A stretch of DNA of 64,000 nt from Gammaproteobacteria bacterium (GTDB lineage: Bacteria; Pseudomonadota; Gammaproteobacteria; Eutrophobiales; Eutrophobiaceae). The position numbers were made by a program, and so were the translations under genes. Each line of letters starts with the position of its first letter. Within the stretch, counting starts at the first letter, position 1. This document shows positions 50,993 to 59,973 of this stretch, in pieces. The notes beneath the pieces are model-generated. The model was given only the letters and a program-made list of their open reading frames with translations. It was not told where the DNA came from and searched no databases. Location: NCBI GenBank assembly GCA_965198875.1, contig CBDAPU010000001.1:643146-707145 (forward strand). The letters are read 5' to 3'.

Positions 50993-51331
50993 ATGAAAAT
51001 TGTTCTTTACTCTACGCTAGCCATATTGATTTCTGGTTGTGCTACAAGCCAGTGGGAAGGTGACACTATCAGTTTATGTGATTCTCAAATGACTCAACTA
51101 GGCCCAGATACTTATATGTCGTCAGCAGTATATGGAAACGGTTGTGGCAACGAATATAAAGTACGACACGCTGGTATATTTTGTAGCCGCATGGGGAAAC
51201 AGGTTTTAGTTACAAATATCGACAATAGTATCGATGGTAATGTCATTTTCCAGTGCTTGTCATCGGGCGACTCCGACCTTCAGCGTCCTTCCTATGGGAA
51301 AGAACCAGATATCGTAATTGAGCAACGATAA
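50993..51331 (+). CDS. small lipoprotein (hypothetical) in AT-rich cargo
   Basis: Lipobox LISGC at residues 13-17. Low-GC context. Confidence 0.4.
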   Translation: MKIVLYSTLAILISGCATSQWEGDTISLCDSQMTQLGPDTYMSSAVYGNGCGNEYKVRHAGIFCSRMGKQVLVTNIDNSIDGNVIFQCLSSGDSDLQRPSYGKEPDIVIEQR

Positions 51332-51536
51332 TAATCCAACAAGGGTGGGCAACAGGAGCGCCAAACCACCGCTTTGCTTTGGTTTGTCGTCCCTCAACCT
51401 CGTTTACCTCTCCTCTGTCCAGCGAAATCACGCTCATCCATTTCGACTTCACCTTCAAGGAAACCCGCCTCATCGCTGTGTGCATAAATGAAATGCCTTA
51501 AACGAAGAGAATCATCACTCGCCATGTAGCCTGACG

Positions 51537-51552
51537 TTCATTTTGCGACAAA
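51537..51552. repeat. left copy of a 16-bp inverted repeat, TTCATTTTGCGACAAA, with adjacent iteron-like (G)TCATTTT(G)CGACA motifs
   Basis: Perfect reverse-complement match to 61475-61490. Further TCATTTTGCGACA and CATTTTGAGACA copies lie at 51559-51610. Confidence 0.6.
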
Positions 51553-51694
51553 GTGACAGTCATTTTGCGACAGGAATTTATGGTCATTTTACACTCATTT
51601 TGAGACAGCGTTTTATGGGTGATTTAATGGTACTTAAATTATCCCTTTAATGGCGGTTAAATTCACCTTCAATGAGCGGTGAATCACCGCCTCT

Positions 51695-52666
51695 TTATCG
51701 CTTCGGTGTCTCGGCCATCACGCGGGTGCTATAGCCGCTGTTGCTGAGTTGATGGTCAACCTCGGTGGCCACCCACTCGCCATTGATGCCGTCTCGAAAG
51801 CCGCTCAGGGTGAGTTTGGTCTCGGCGGCCATCTGCGGATTGCCGGGGGTGAGGGTCAGGCGGGCGCTCGACTGGCCTCGGTTTAGGGCCTCCAGTTTGG
51901 CCTTGGCCGCAGCGATGGCGGTATCGGCGTCCGGGCAGGTGTGGCGCAGGGTGTAGCTGGGCTGACCTTCTCCCACCTTGGCCTCAAGATGCTCGCCGGT
52001 GTCGGTGTTATGCCACTTGGCCACCACCGCCTGATACCTGCCCCTGTCGGCCAGGGTCACTCGATAGTCGCTGAGCTGCTGGGGGTTGATGCTGATGTCC
52101 GGCAGGGTCTTGCCGGTGGCGCTCTTCGCCTCGCCCCTGGGCACGAATAAGAGATAGCCCCCGGCAGGTTTGGCCAGGGCGTCGTAGTGCTTCCCCAAGC
52201 GGGTTAAGAGGTGTAAGTCCGACTCTTCGGTCTGGTCGAGGTGGGTAAGACGGATGCGGGCCAGGGCATCGCCCACACGGGGCTCAAGCCCATGCTCGGC
52301 GGCGATGACAGCGACCAGCTTCCCCAGCGTCATCTCATCAAAGGCGCGGGTCTTGTGTGCTTTTAAGCTGCTTCTCATGTTGGCGGCTTTGGCGCGGATG
52401 GTCAGGGTGGCCGGTGGTGCGCTGAGTTCCAGCTCATCGACGATGTACAGGCCCATCTTGACCGGTTTCCGCTCATAGCCTAAGGAGACGCTGAGTTCCG
52501 CCCCTTTGCGGGGCAGTTCAATCTGTCCATCGCGGTCATCGAGGCGCAGTGTCAGGGTATCGCTTTTCATACCGGCCCGGTCGGCCAGCGTTAAGGACAG
52601 CAATCTGTCAGTAATAGCGGCCGTGACGTCAGTGCTATCGGCAATCAGCGAGAAGGCGGGGGTCAT
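51695..52666 (-). CDS. P2 gpD-like phage late control/tail protein D
   Basis: 323-aa protein with gpD-like sequence, positioned after gpX and gpU. Confidence 0.8.
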   Translation of the reverse strand: MTPAFSLIADSTDVTAAITDRLLSLTLADRAGMKSDTLTLRLDDRDGQIELPRKGAELSVSLGYERKPVKMGLYIVDELELSAPPATLTIRAKAANMRSSLKAHKTRAFDEMTLGKLVAVIAAEHGLEPRVGDALARIRLTHLDQTEESDLHLLTRLGKHYDALAKPAGGYLLFVPRGEAKSATGKTLPDISINPQQLSDYRVTLADRGRYQAVVAKWHNTDTGEHLEAKVGEGQPSYTLRHTCPDADTAIAAAKAKLEALNRGQSSARLTLTPGNPQMAAETKLTLSGFRDGINGEWVATEVDHQLSNSGYSTRVMAETPKR

Positions 52667-52688
52667 GGTTCGACCGGCTCACTCACCC

Positions 52689-52895
52689 TTAGTCCCAGAG
52701 TCTCACGGGTTGACGGTGCGGCACAGGCTCGGGCAAGTCCGGCAGGATAATCAGCAGGCCAGCGGGCAGGATGGGGCCTTGATCCGCCAGCCCCGGGTTG
52801 GCGGTGAGCACTGCTTCCAGGGCGCCTGTCTCTCGCCCGTAGTGCTTATGACAGAGGGCGTCCAGCACATCGCCGTCTTTGGTTCGATAGTGCAT
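52689..52895 (-). CDS. phage tail protein X (gpX-like)
   Basis: 68-aa protein with the gpX pattern (DALCHKHYG...NPGLAD). ATGA overlap with gpU. Confidence 0.7.
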   Translation of the reverse strand: MHYRTKDGDVLDALCHKHYGRETGALEAVLTANPGLADQGPILPAGLLIILPDLPEPVPHRQPVRLWD

Positions 52896-53308
52896 CAGAG
52901 ACCTTCGGCACGGCGCGTATCCTCGCCATAGCGGGCGAGGTGCAGGCGGAAGGCGATCTTGCGGGGTGTGCCGTCCTCAAAGAGTACCGTATGGGTTTCG
53001 TTCACCTGCGTGATGACCCAGTGTTGCCAGATGTGGCCAGTGCCATCGGTGAGCATCAGGGGTTGGCCTTTGCCTGCTTCCCGGCGCATGGCCTCAAGCT
53101 GTTTCAGGCCGCCCTTAAAATGGGGATAGAAGGCGCCTTCCAGGCTCAACGTCTCCTCGCCCGGGCCTAAGTATTGTTGGGCGGGCAGACGGCCAAGACG
53201 GGCCTGTCCCGGCCAGCGGTAAGCGCTGCTGCGCTGTAACTGCTGGTAGGCGGCCTGGTTCAGGGCGAAGGTGTACGCCCCCAGCCTCATCAGGACACTA
53301 GAGGCCAT
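52895..53308 (-). CDS. phage tail protein gpU
   Basis: 137-aa protein with typical P2 gpU sequence (RLGAYTFALNQAAYQQLQRSSAYRW). Confidence 0.8.
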   Translation of the reverse strand: MASSVLMRLGAYTFALNQAAYQQLQRSSAYRWPGQARLGRLPAQQYLGPGEETLSLEGAFYPHFKGGLKQLEAMRREAGKGQPLMLTDGTGHIWQHWVITQVNETHTVLFEDGTPRKIAFRLHLARYGEDTRRAEGL

Positions 53309-55519
53309 CGTGCAGTCCTTCGCGTTGGCTTTGCTGCTGGCGCTGTTCCAGCTCGGCCAGAATGCGCTCAGTTAAGGCTTGTGCATCCTCGCCGGGTTGC
53401 TGATTGATGGTCAGTTGGTAACTGTGGGTGCTGTTGTCGGTGTTCTGTACCGTGGCTGCGGCGGGCAAGGGTGCGGCGGCCATTGTCGCCGCCAGGGCAA
53501 CCTCGGCGGCACTGGGTGCTGTGCCGGCCTCGGTTTTCTCATTCTCCTTACCAGCATCCCCTTTGAAAAAATTGATCGCCGTACCGATGGCCTTGAGCGG
53601 CAATAATGCGGCCTGCAAGGGAAGTAACAAGGCACTGCCTATCAGCTTGCCAATGCCGATGATGACTTGGCCCAAACCGGCCACCCCCCGCCAGAGCAGG
53701 CCGATAATCCTGCCAATCACGCTGAAAGCCCCACCTATGATCTGTCCTGTCAGGCGACCGGCATTCGAGAAGTCACCCAGGCGACCGGTTAAGGCTGTCA
53801 TCCTGCCCATCAGGCTGCCCAGCCAGAGATATTGCCGAATGCAGCAAGGACGGGCGCAATACCATCCATGAAGCCCGCCCACATACCGCCGAAGAAGGTT
53901 CTGATAGGTTCGGCTTTGCTGAACAGGGCATACAAGACAGCACCAAGTCCCACAACGCCGGCAATGACCAGGCCAATGGGGTTGGCCAGCATGGCGGCAT
54001 TGAAGGCCCAGGCACCCGCCGTTACGACGGTCATCGCGATGCCCACGGAGGCAAAGGCCACACCAATCGTGCCGATGGCATGACCAATGACAGGAAAGCG
54101 CTCGACCACCCTCGCCATCCACCCGGCTGCTGTGGCCAGGTGAGATGACAACCCTCCCACAGCAGGCAATAGGGTATTGGCAAAGACGACGCCCACCTGA
54201 GCCAGGTTCTGTTTCAGTGTTGTCCATTGCCCTGAGGCACTTTTAATAAAGCGCGCATATTCCTCATCCACAAGGTTGGCTTGTCCTGCCCGTGAGACGT
54301 CTGCGTGCGCCGCTTTCAATGCCTTGAGCTTGTCGATTAACGGCACAATTGCCCGTTTGCCCTCGGTGTCGAATACATCCTGGAGAAGCATGTCACGCTC
54401 ATCGGTCGTAAGACCATCCAGTTGTGCTTTGAGTCCTTCCAGGGTAGCGAGCATATCCAGCTCACCCGTTTCATCACGCACTATGTCAAAGCCGATTTCA
54501 TCGGCGGCCTTGTTCAGGTTTTTCAGTACCGACTCAAAGGCCGTGCCGGCCTGGCTGCCCTTCAAGCTGGAATTGTTCAGGTGGCCGATAACCGAGGCGG
54601 TTTGCTCTAAGGGGAGTTTCATGCTGGCGGCACTGGCGGCGATGTACTTCATGCCCTCACCCAATTGCCCGAAGTCGCGGATAGCGAATTTGAACTGGGT
54701 CTTGGCCAGCACATTGCCAATCACCTGAATCTTCTCATCCACACTGCCTGCAAGGCTGCCGCTCATGTTGTTAAACACATCGCCGAATATCTCGCCCACC
54801 TGTGCGGGTATGCCACGGGTCACCTTGGCCAGCTTATGCACCATTTGGCCACCGACACGGGCGGTCTCTTCTTCCAGACCGGCGGAGTTCAGGGCGTATT
54901 CAATCTCCAGTATCTCCGCCTCACTGGCCAGGCTGTCACGGGCAAAGGCACGGGCCTGGGTGCGGGCCCGCTGGGCGGCGGCATGCTTATCCCCGTCTTT
55001 GGCATTGATGACGGTGCGTAAATAAAGCCCTTGTTCTTCTCTGGCCATGGCTTGCCCGACCAGGCGGCTGCCGCCATAGGCCGCTCCAGCCATGCCCAGC
55101 ATCTTGCCGCGTAACTCCCGAAGGCGGCCAGCGGCGTCCTGCTTCCTGGTCAGACGTTTCTGTATGGCCTCGGTCTGTTTTAATTCCCTTTGCAGCCTGT
55201 CATGTTCACGCACCACCTGGCCTATTTGTATGCCATAGCCCTTGGCCGCCCGTTTGGCGTTTTTATAGCGCCGCTCAACCTCCTCAATGCCCCGTGCAAG
55301 ACGCTTGCTGGAACCGCCCAAAGCCGCCTGTTTGGCTTTTAACTCGCCCAGCAACTTTTTGTATTTAATGACATCACCGCTGGCCTTGAGCTTTTTGTTG
55401 GTGGTCTCCCATTGTTTGCCTAAACGGGCAGCGCGTTGTCCCACCGTTTCGACCGTGCGAAAGAATCCTTTGCCGAGGGCGGCACCAATGACTATACTGA
55501 GACCTAAGGTCTTATCCAT
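53298..55519 (-). pseudogene. phage tail tape measure protein, interrupted by a frameshift near 53800-53830 (ORFs 53810..55519 and 53298..53801)
   Basis: Coiled-coil tape-measure N-terminal part ends ...FGNISGWAA*. Another frame continues ...LMGRMTALTGRLGDFSNAGRL... to a typical tape-measure C-terminus. Confidence 0.7.
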
Positions 55520-55859
55520 GAATGTACCTGCTCCGGTCGTTGAACCTATTGCTATGAGTGACCACCTTATACCTGATGATCGCCTTGATGATCGTATCTA
55601 CAACTTTGTCGGTGACTATGGCGCGCATGTTATTTTCTGTGGCTTATGGGTGTTCTGGACAGTTGTCACTGTTCTCGTCAGCCCTGCTCCGACCTCAACG
55701 ATGGAATGGGTCGGGATGCTCTTCGTCGGTTTAATCATGGCCCTGATCACCACAGTTCCTATGGCCTTTATTGTCGGCTTGATCGTTAACGTTGCCTTCA
55801 CCATCTATTGGGCGATCAGGGATGGAATTGACGAGGGACGCTATCGTCAAGGGCTGTAA
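55518..55859 (+). CDS. small membrane protein (hypothetical), encoded antisense within the E'-T interval of the tail cluster
   Basis: 113-aa ORF with two or three strongly hydrophobic helices. Its ATG is interleaved with the tape-measure ATG on the other strand (CCATGAATG). Confidence 0.3.
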   Translation: MNVPAPVVEPIAMSDHLIPDDRLDDRIYNFVGDYGAHVIFCGLWVFWTVVTVLVSPAPTSTMEWVGMLFVGLIMALITTVPMAFIVGLIVNVAFTIYWAIRDGIDEGRYRQGL

Positions 55860-55975
55860 GCCAGGCCAGCAACGCATCCCCGTCCATCGCCATCAGCTCC
55901 GCCAGCGCCCAACCGGTATGTGAGGCCAGGGTGATCACCGCCCGTCTTGCATCCTGGGGTCTTAGGACAAAAAAC
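55816..55975 (-). CDS. gpE' extension reached by a programmed -1 frameshift (E+E' tail assembly chaperone)
   Basis: Slippery GGTTTTTTG (heptamer T-TTT-TTG) lies two codons before the E stop. The -1 frame stays open for about 52 codons, to a TGA at 55816. Confidence 0.55.
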
Positions 55976-56204
55976 CGGCATAGCGCTCCTGCAAGGCTTG
56001 ATAGTCGGCTATATCCAGTTCCTCAATGACCGTCGGTGCCACTTCACAGAGGTGGGCGAACACCCGCACTTCCTTCTCGGCATCGCTGCCGCTGGCTTTA
56101 TCGGCGGCCAGCATGTCGCGCACCTTTGGGCGGCGCAGGCACAGGTGCTGCAGATCCTCGCCATTGAGGGTGATGGGGTGTTTGAGTTCAATGGTCTCGC
56201 TCAT
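55962..56204 (-). CDS. phage tail assembly chaperone gpE
   Basis: 80-aa protein MSETIELKHPITLNGEDL... in the canonical position between the tube and tape-measure genes. Confidence 0.7.
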   Translation of the reverse strand: MSETIELKHPITLNGEDLQHLCLRRPKVRDMLAADKASGSDAEKEVRVFAHLCEVAPTVIEELDIADYQALQERYAGFLS

Positions 56205-56403
56205 GGTCTCGTCTCCTTGGGCTGGTACCTTTGCGGGTTGTTTTAGCGGGGGGCGCTGTGGTCTGCGCTTTCTCAATCACCCCGGTGGTTAAGAGAAACA
56301 CCGCCTGGCGGGGGTGCAGTTCCACGCTCTCACCGGCCTGCACGGCGCCCTGTCCGGCCAGGTGTACGGGTTGTAATACCTGATAGCTTTGTTGTTTGCT
56401 CAT
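56188..56403 (-). CDS. small hypothetical phage protein
   Basis: 71-codon ORF between the tube gene and gpE. It has no similarity I recognise. Confidence 0.25.
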   Translation of the reverse strand: MSKQQSYQVLQPVHLAGQGAVQAGESVELHPRQAVFLLTTGVIEKAQTTAPPAKTTRKGTSPRRRDHERDH

Positions 56404-56415
56404 GGTCTTGCCTCC

Positions 56416-56925
56416 TCACAATCCCAGGTGGGCGCGGGTTTGCTGGAGCTGATCCTGCCCATCGATGATGCGTACCAGGTTGGTCGGGTCGATCTCAATC
56501 ATCACCTGGCCGGAATGGGTCAGCTTGTAGTAGGACAGCGCCATCATCACTTTCAGCGTGCCTTTATCGCCCGGCTTCCAGTTGCCCATATCCACTTCTC
56601 TTAACATGCCTCTGAGGTTGATCTGGATGGGTCGCTCGGTGCCGTCTTCGGAGAGCAGACTGCCCTTTATGGTTAAGGGTTTGTGGTTGCCGGGGGCCAG
56701 GCCAAACAGGGAGAGGACGTCCTTGTTATAGCCGTTCAAGGTGAAGGCGCATTCCAGCTTCTCCATGCCCATCTCCACCTCGATGGGGGCGTCCATGCCA
56801 CCGGCACGGAACTCTTCGGTCTTCAGGGTGAGCTTGGGCAGTTCGATCTCCTCCACCTGACCGGCATAGCCTCTGCCATCCACAAACAGGTTGAGGTTCT
56901 TGAGTACGTCTTGTATGTTCGCCAT
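56416..56925 (-). CDS. phage major tail tube protein (P2 FII-like)
   Basis: MANIQDVLKNLNLFVDGRGYAGQVEEIELPKL is typical of FII-family tube proteins. Confidence 0.8.
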   Translation of the reverse strand: MANIQDVLKNLNLFVDGRGYAGQVEEIELPKLTLKTEEFRAGGMDAPIEVEMGMEKLECAFTLNGYNKDVLSLFGLAPGNHKPLTIKGSLLSEDGTERPIQINLRGMLREVDMGNWKPGDKGTLKVMMALSYYKLTHSGQVMIEIDPTNLVRIIDGQDQLQQTRAHLGL

Positions 56926-57145
56926 GATGGTGTTCTCGCCCCAGGGGGCCAAGCACTTCTGGGTGGCCCCGCGAGGCGAGTGCAAGAGCTCGCTGCTGGG
57001 CAAGATCGGTGTGGTCTATGTGCATGTGATTGCCTTATTGCAACACGCGGCCATCCGCAGGGAAGTGGGCTGGCGCGGCAAGCCACCGGTCTTTATCGAT
57101 TACATCAACCTCCTGGGGGCCGAGACCCGCCTGCCCACCAAGCTG

Positions 57146-58432
57146 ATGGAGGTCTCCAAGGTAGAGCTCAGCGTCAATGCGGCGCTGGCCATGGACTTCC
57201 CCGACGTCACCGGCCGTGGGTCGGTGTGGAAGGTGGGTGAGTATGTGGGACGCACTGGGGTGAAGGTGGAACCCTTCGGGGCCGAGCAGGCCATCCGTGG
57301 CACCTTCTCCGGGGCCTCCCGGCCGAAGCTCCTTATCCCCGATGACCTGATCACCGATAGAGAGGCCAAGTCCCCCACCGAACGGGATAACCGCTGGCAC
57401 TGGCTGGAAGCGGCTGTCGATTATCTCGGCCCGCCCGATGGCTCCGTCAAGCTCTGCGGGGCCGGCACCATCCTGAACGCAGACGATCCCATCTCGCGGG
57501 CCAAACACACCATCGGCTACCAGGTGCATCACTTCAAGGCCATTGAACGCCTGCCCACCCACATGGACGTGTGGGAGCAGTGCGAGCAACTCATTCGTAA
57601 CGAGGACAAGCGGGTGGAGAACCAGCTCACCGGCAAGGGCCAGGATGTCACCGACAAGCACCTGCCCTCCTGGCAGTTCTACCTCAAACATAAGAAAAAG
57701 ATGGACAAGGGCGCGGTCACCTCCTGGCCGGCGGTGCGCTCGCTGTACTGGCTGATGAAGCAACGCGCCAAGAACCCGCGCTCCTTCGGTACCGAGATGC
57801 AGGGCGAGGCGCGCAATGACGAAGACCGGGTGTTCACGGATATCCAGTTCTGGGTCTCCAGACTGAAACACTGGGTGTATCTGGCCGGGTGCGATCCCTC
57901 GATGGGCAAGAGTGAAAGCGCTGATCCCTCGGCGATGGTCGTGGGTGGACTGGATGTGGAGAGCAAGCGGCTACATGTGATTGCCGCGGACATCAAACGC
58001 CGCCTGCCCACCCAACTGTCGGCGGACATGCGCGCCATGCAGCGGGAATATCACATCCAGGGCTGGGGCTTTGAGAACAACTCGGCCTTCGAGTTTATGC
58101 GCACCCGCTTCATCCAGGACGCCCTTGACCACCAGGTGATCCTGCCGCTTATCCCGTTCACCGAGACCGTACCCCTTGACGTCCGTATCGAATCCCTGGA
58201 ACCCTTTATCAACGGTGCCGAGGCCAGCATCCTGTTCCATTCGGGCTTGAGCGGGCTTTTATCCGAGTTGCACGACTTCCCACTGCCGCAACCCGGCCAC
58301 CACTATGACGGCTTATCGGCCCTGTATCTGCTGTTCAAACTCGCCGCCACCCGCCGCTATGCGGCGCCGGTTATCAAGACCGCCAGCAGGGCCTCACTCC
58401 GCAGAGAACACACCAACTACCGAGGTTACTGA
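57146..58432 (+). CDS. phage terminase large subunit, nuclease-domain-containing; possibly 5'-truncated (an alternative GTG start lies at 57011)
   Basis: C-terminal RNase-H-like terminase nuclease region (YLAGCDPSMGKSESADPSAMVVGG...LHVIAAD). No Walker A is recognisable in the N-terminal part. Confidence 0.65.
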   Translation: MEVSKVELSVNAALAMDFPDVTGRGSVWKVGEYVGRTGVKVEPFGAEQAIRGTFSGASRPKLLIPDDLITDREAKSPTERDNRWHWLEAAVDYLGPPDGSVKLCGAGTILNADDPISRAKHTIGYQVHHFKAIERLPTHMDVWEQCEQLIRNEDKRVENQLTGKGQDVTDKHLPSWQFYLKHKKKMDKGAVTSWPAVRSLYWLMKQRAKNPRSFGTEMQGEARNDEDRVFTDIQFWVSRLKHWVYLAGCDPSMGKSESADPSAMVVGGLDVESKRLHVIAADIKRRLPTQLSADMRAMQREYHIQGWGFENNSAFEFMRTRFIQDALDHQVILPLIPFTETVPLDVRIESLEPFINGAEASILFHSGLSGLLSELHDFPLPQPGHHYDGLSALYLLFKLAATRRYAAPVIKTASRASLRREHTNYRGY

Positions 58433-59973
58433 TGCCGGATCACACGATTAAACAGCTCACCAAGCGCCATCTGCACACCGAGATAGCCACCCGCAGCATT
58501 GACCCGCTGTTCACCTCGGCCTTACAGGTACTGCCCAATCCCGACAAGGTGTTACGCAAGCTGGGCAGGTCTTATGAGATTTATGAGGACATGTTCGGTG
58601 ACGCCCATATCCTGGGCGAGCTGCGGGCCGTGCGTGCCGCCTTGCTGGCCTTTGAATGGCAGCTTGTCCCGGGTGGGGACCGTGCGGCGGACCGACGGGC
58701 AGTCGAGCTCTGCGAGCAACTGATGGCAGGGCGGCCCGCCCCGGGGATGCACTGGACGGATACCCTCTGGAGCATGGGGCTGTCGGTGTTTTATGGCTTC
58801 GCCGTGCATGAGCTGGTCTGGGATCGCCAGGGCGATGTGTTGATGCCGGTCAAGCTCATCGACCGCCCACAGCGCCGCTTTGTGTTTGACCCGCACAATC
58901 AGCTACGGCTTAAAACCCGCAACGCCCCGGTGGCCGGTGAGGCGCTGGGTGCGTACAAATGGTTACTGACCTCGCACATGGCCAGCGCCGAGAACCCCTA
59001 CGGCATCGCCGTCCTCTCCGCCTGCTTCTGGCCCTATGTCTTCAAGCATGGCGGCTTTAAGTTCTTCAGCAGGTTCTGCGAGAAATACGGCAGCCCCTGG
59101 GCGATAGGCAAGTACCCCGAGGGCACACCGGACGAGGTACAGGACAAGCTGCTGGAGCAGTTAGCCGAGATGGTCGAGACCGCCTGTGCGGTCACCTCCA
59201 AAGACAGTGAGGTAGAGCTGCTGGAAACGAAACACAGCGGCCAGCCGGTGCAGGAGCGCCTGATTGACCTGTGCAATCGGGAACTCTCCAAAGCCCTGAC
59301 CTCGCAGACCCTGGCCACGGAAATACAGGGGACCGGCTCACGGGCCGCCAGTGAAACCCATCGGCAGCGGGAGATCACCGTCCATCAGTCCGACCGCCTA
59401 TGCCTTGAACAGACCTTCAATCAACTCTTTGCCTGGGTCACCGAGCTCAATGTGGCCGGCGCCAGGCCCCCTAAGTTCCGCTTTTTCGAGGAGGCCGAAG
59501 CCCGCAAGGACATGGCCAAGTATCTGCTTGACGCCCACAAACTCATTGATATGAAGCAAAGCGAGGTCTATGAGCGCCTGCAACTGACCGCCCCGCAGGG
59601 CGAGGATGAGGTGATACCACGCAGCCGAACGAGCGCAGGTGTGGCAGAGGGCGATACGGGGAGCGCCACAGCAGGGCAATTCAATCACTGCCCAAGCTGT
59701 GGAGAGAGCCACACCTTTGCCGAGGATCAGCCTGATCTTCTGGTAAGCCAGGCGACTCAGGCCGCCGATGCGGTCATGGAAACCCTGCCCGCCATTATCT
59801 ATGACAGGCTGATTGAGTTTGAGAGGCAAGGCAAGTCCCTCGATGAGTTCGAGGCCGCCTTGCCCGCACTACTGCCGGAGCTTGATGAGACGGCCTTAGC
59901 GCAAGTCATTCAGCTTAGCCTGTCTACCGCCTATCTTAGCGGCATGGATGAGTCCACCGATGCCAGACGTTAA
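58432..59973 (+). CDS. phage portal protein, Mu gp29-like (DUF935)
   Basis: 513-aa protein with the DUF935 portal pattern, translationally coupled to the terminase gene. Confidence 0.8.
   Translation: MPDHTIKQLTKRHLHTEIATRSIDPLFTSALQVLPNPDKVLRKLGRSYEIYEDMFGDAHILGELRAVRAALLAFEWQLVPGGDRAADRRAVELCEQLMAGRPAPGMHWTDTLWSMGLSVFYGFAVHELVWDRQGDVLMPVKLIDRPQRRFVFDPHNQLRLKTRNAPVAGEALGAYKWLLTSHMASAENPYGIAVLSACFWPYVFKHGGFKFFSRFCEKYGSPWAIGKYPEGTPDEVQDKLLEQLAEMVETACAVTSKDSEVELLETKHSGQPVQERLIDLCNRELSKALTSQTLATEIQGTGSRAASETHRQREITVHQSDRLCLEQTFNQLFAWVTELNVAGARPPKFRFFEEAEARKDMAKYLLDAHKLIDMKQSEVYERLQLTAPQGEDEVIPRSRTSAGVAEGDTGSATAGQFNHCPSCGESHTFAEDQPDLLVSQATQAADAVMETLPAIIYDRLIEFERQGKSLDEFEAALPALLPELDETALAQVIQLSLSTAYLSGMDESTDARR

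Noticed and set aside
56683-57871. Overlapping ORFs 56683..57240 (+), 56726..57025 (-), 56823..57086 (-) and 57035..57871 (-) around the tube and terminase genes
   Set aside because: They overlap genes with clear phage homology and have Arg/Gly/His-rich spurious-frame composition.
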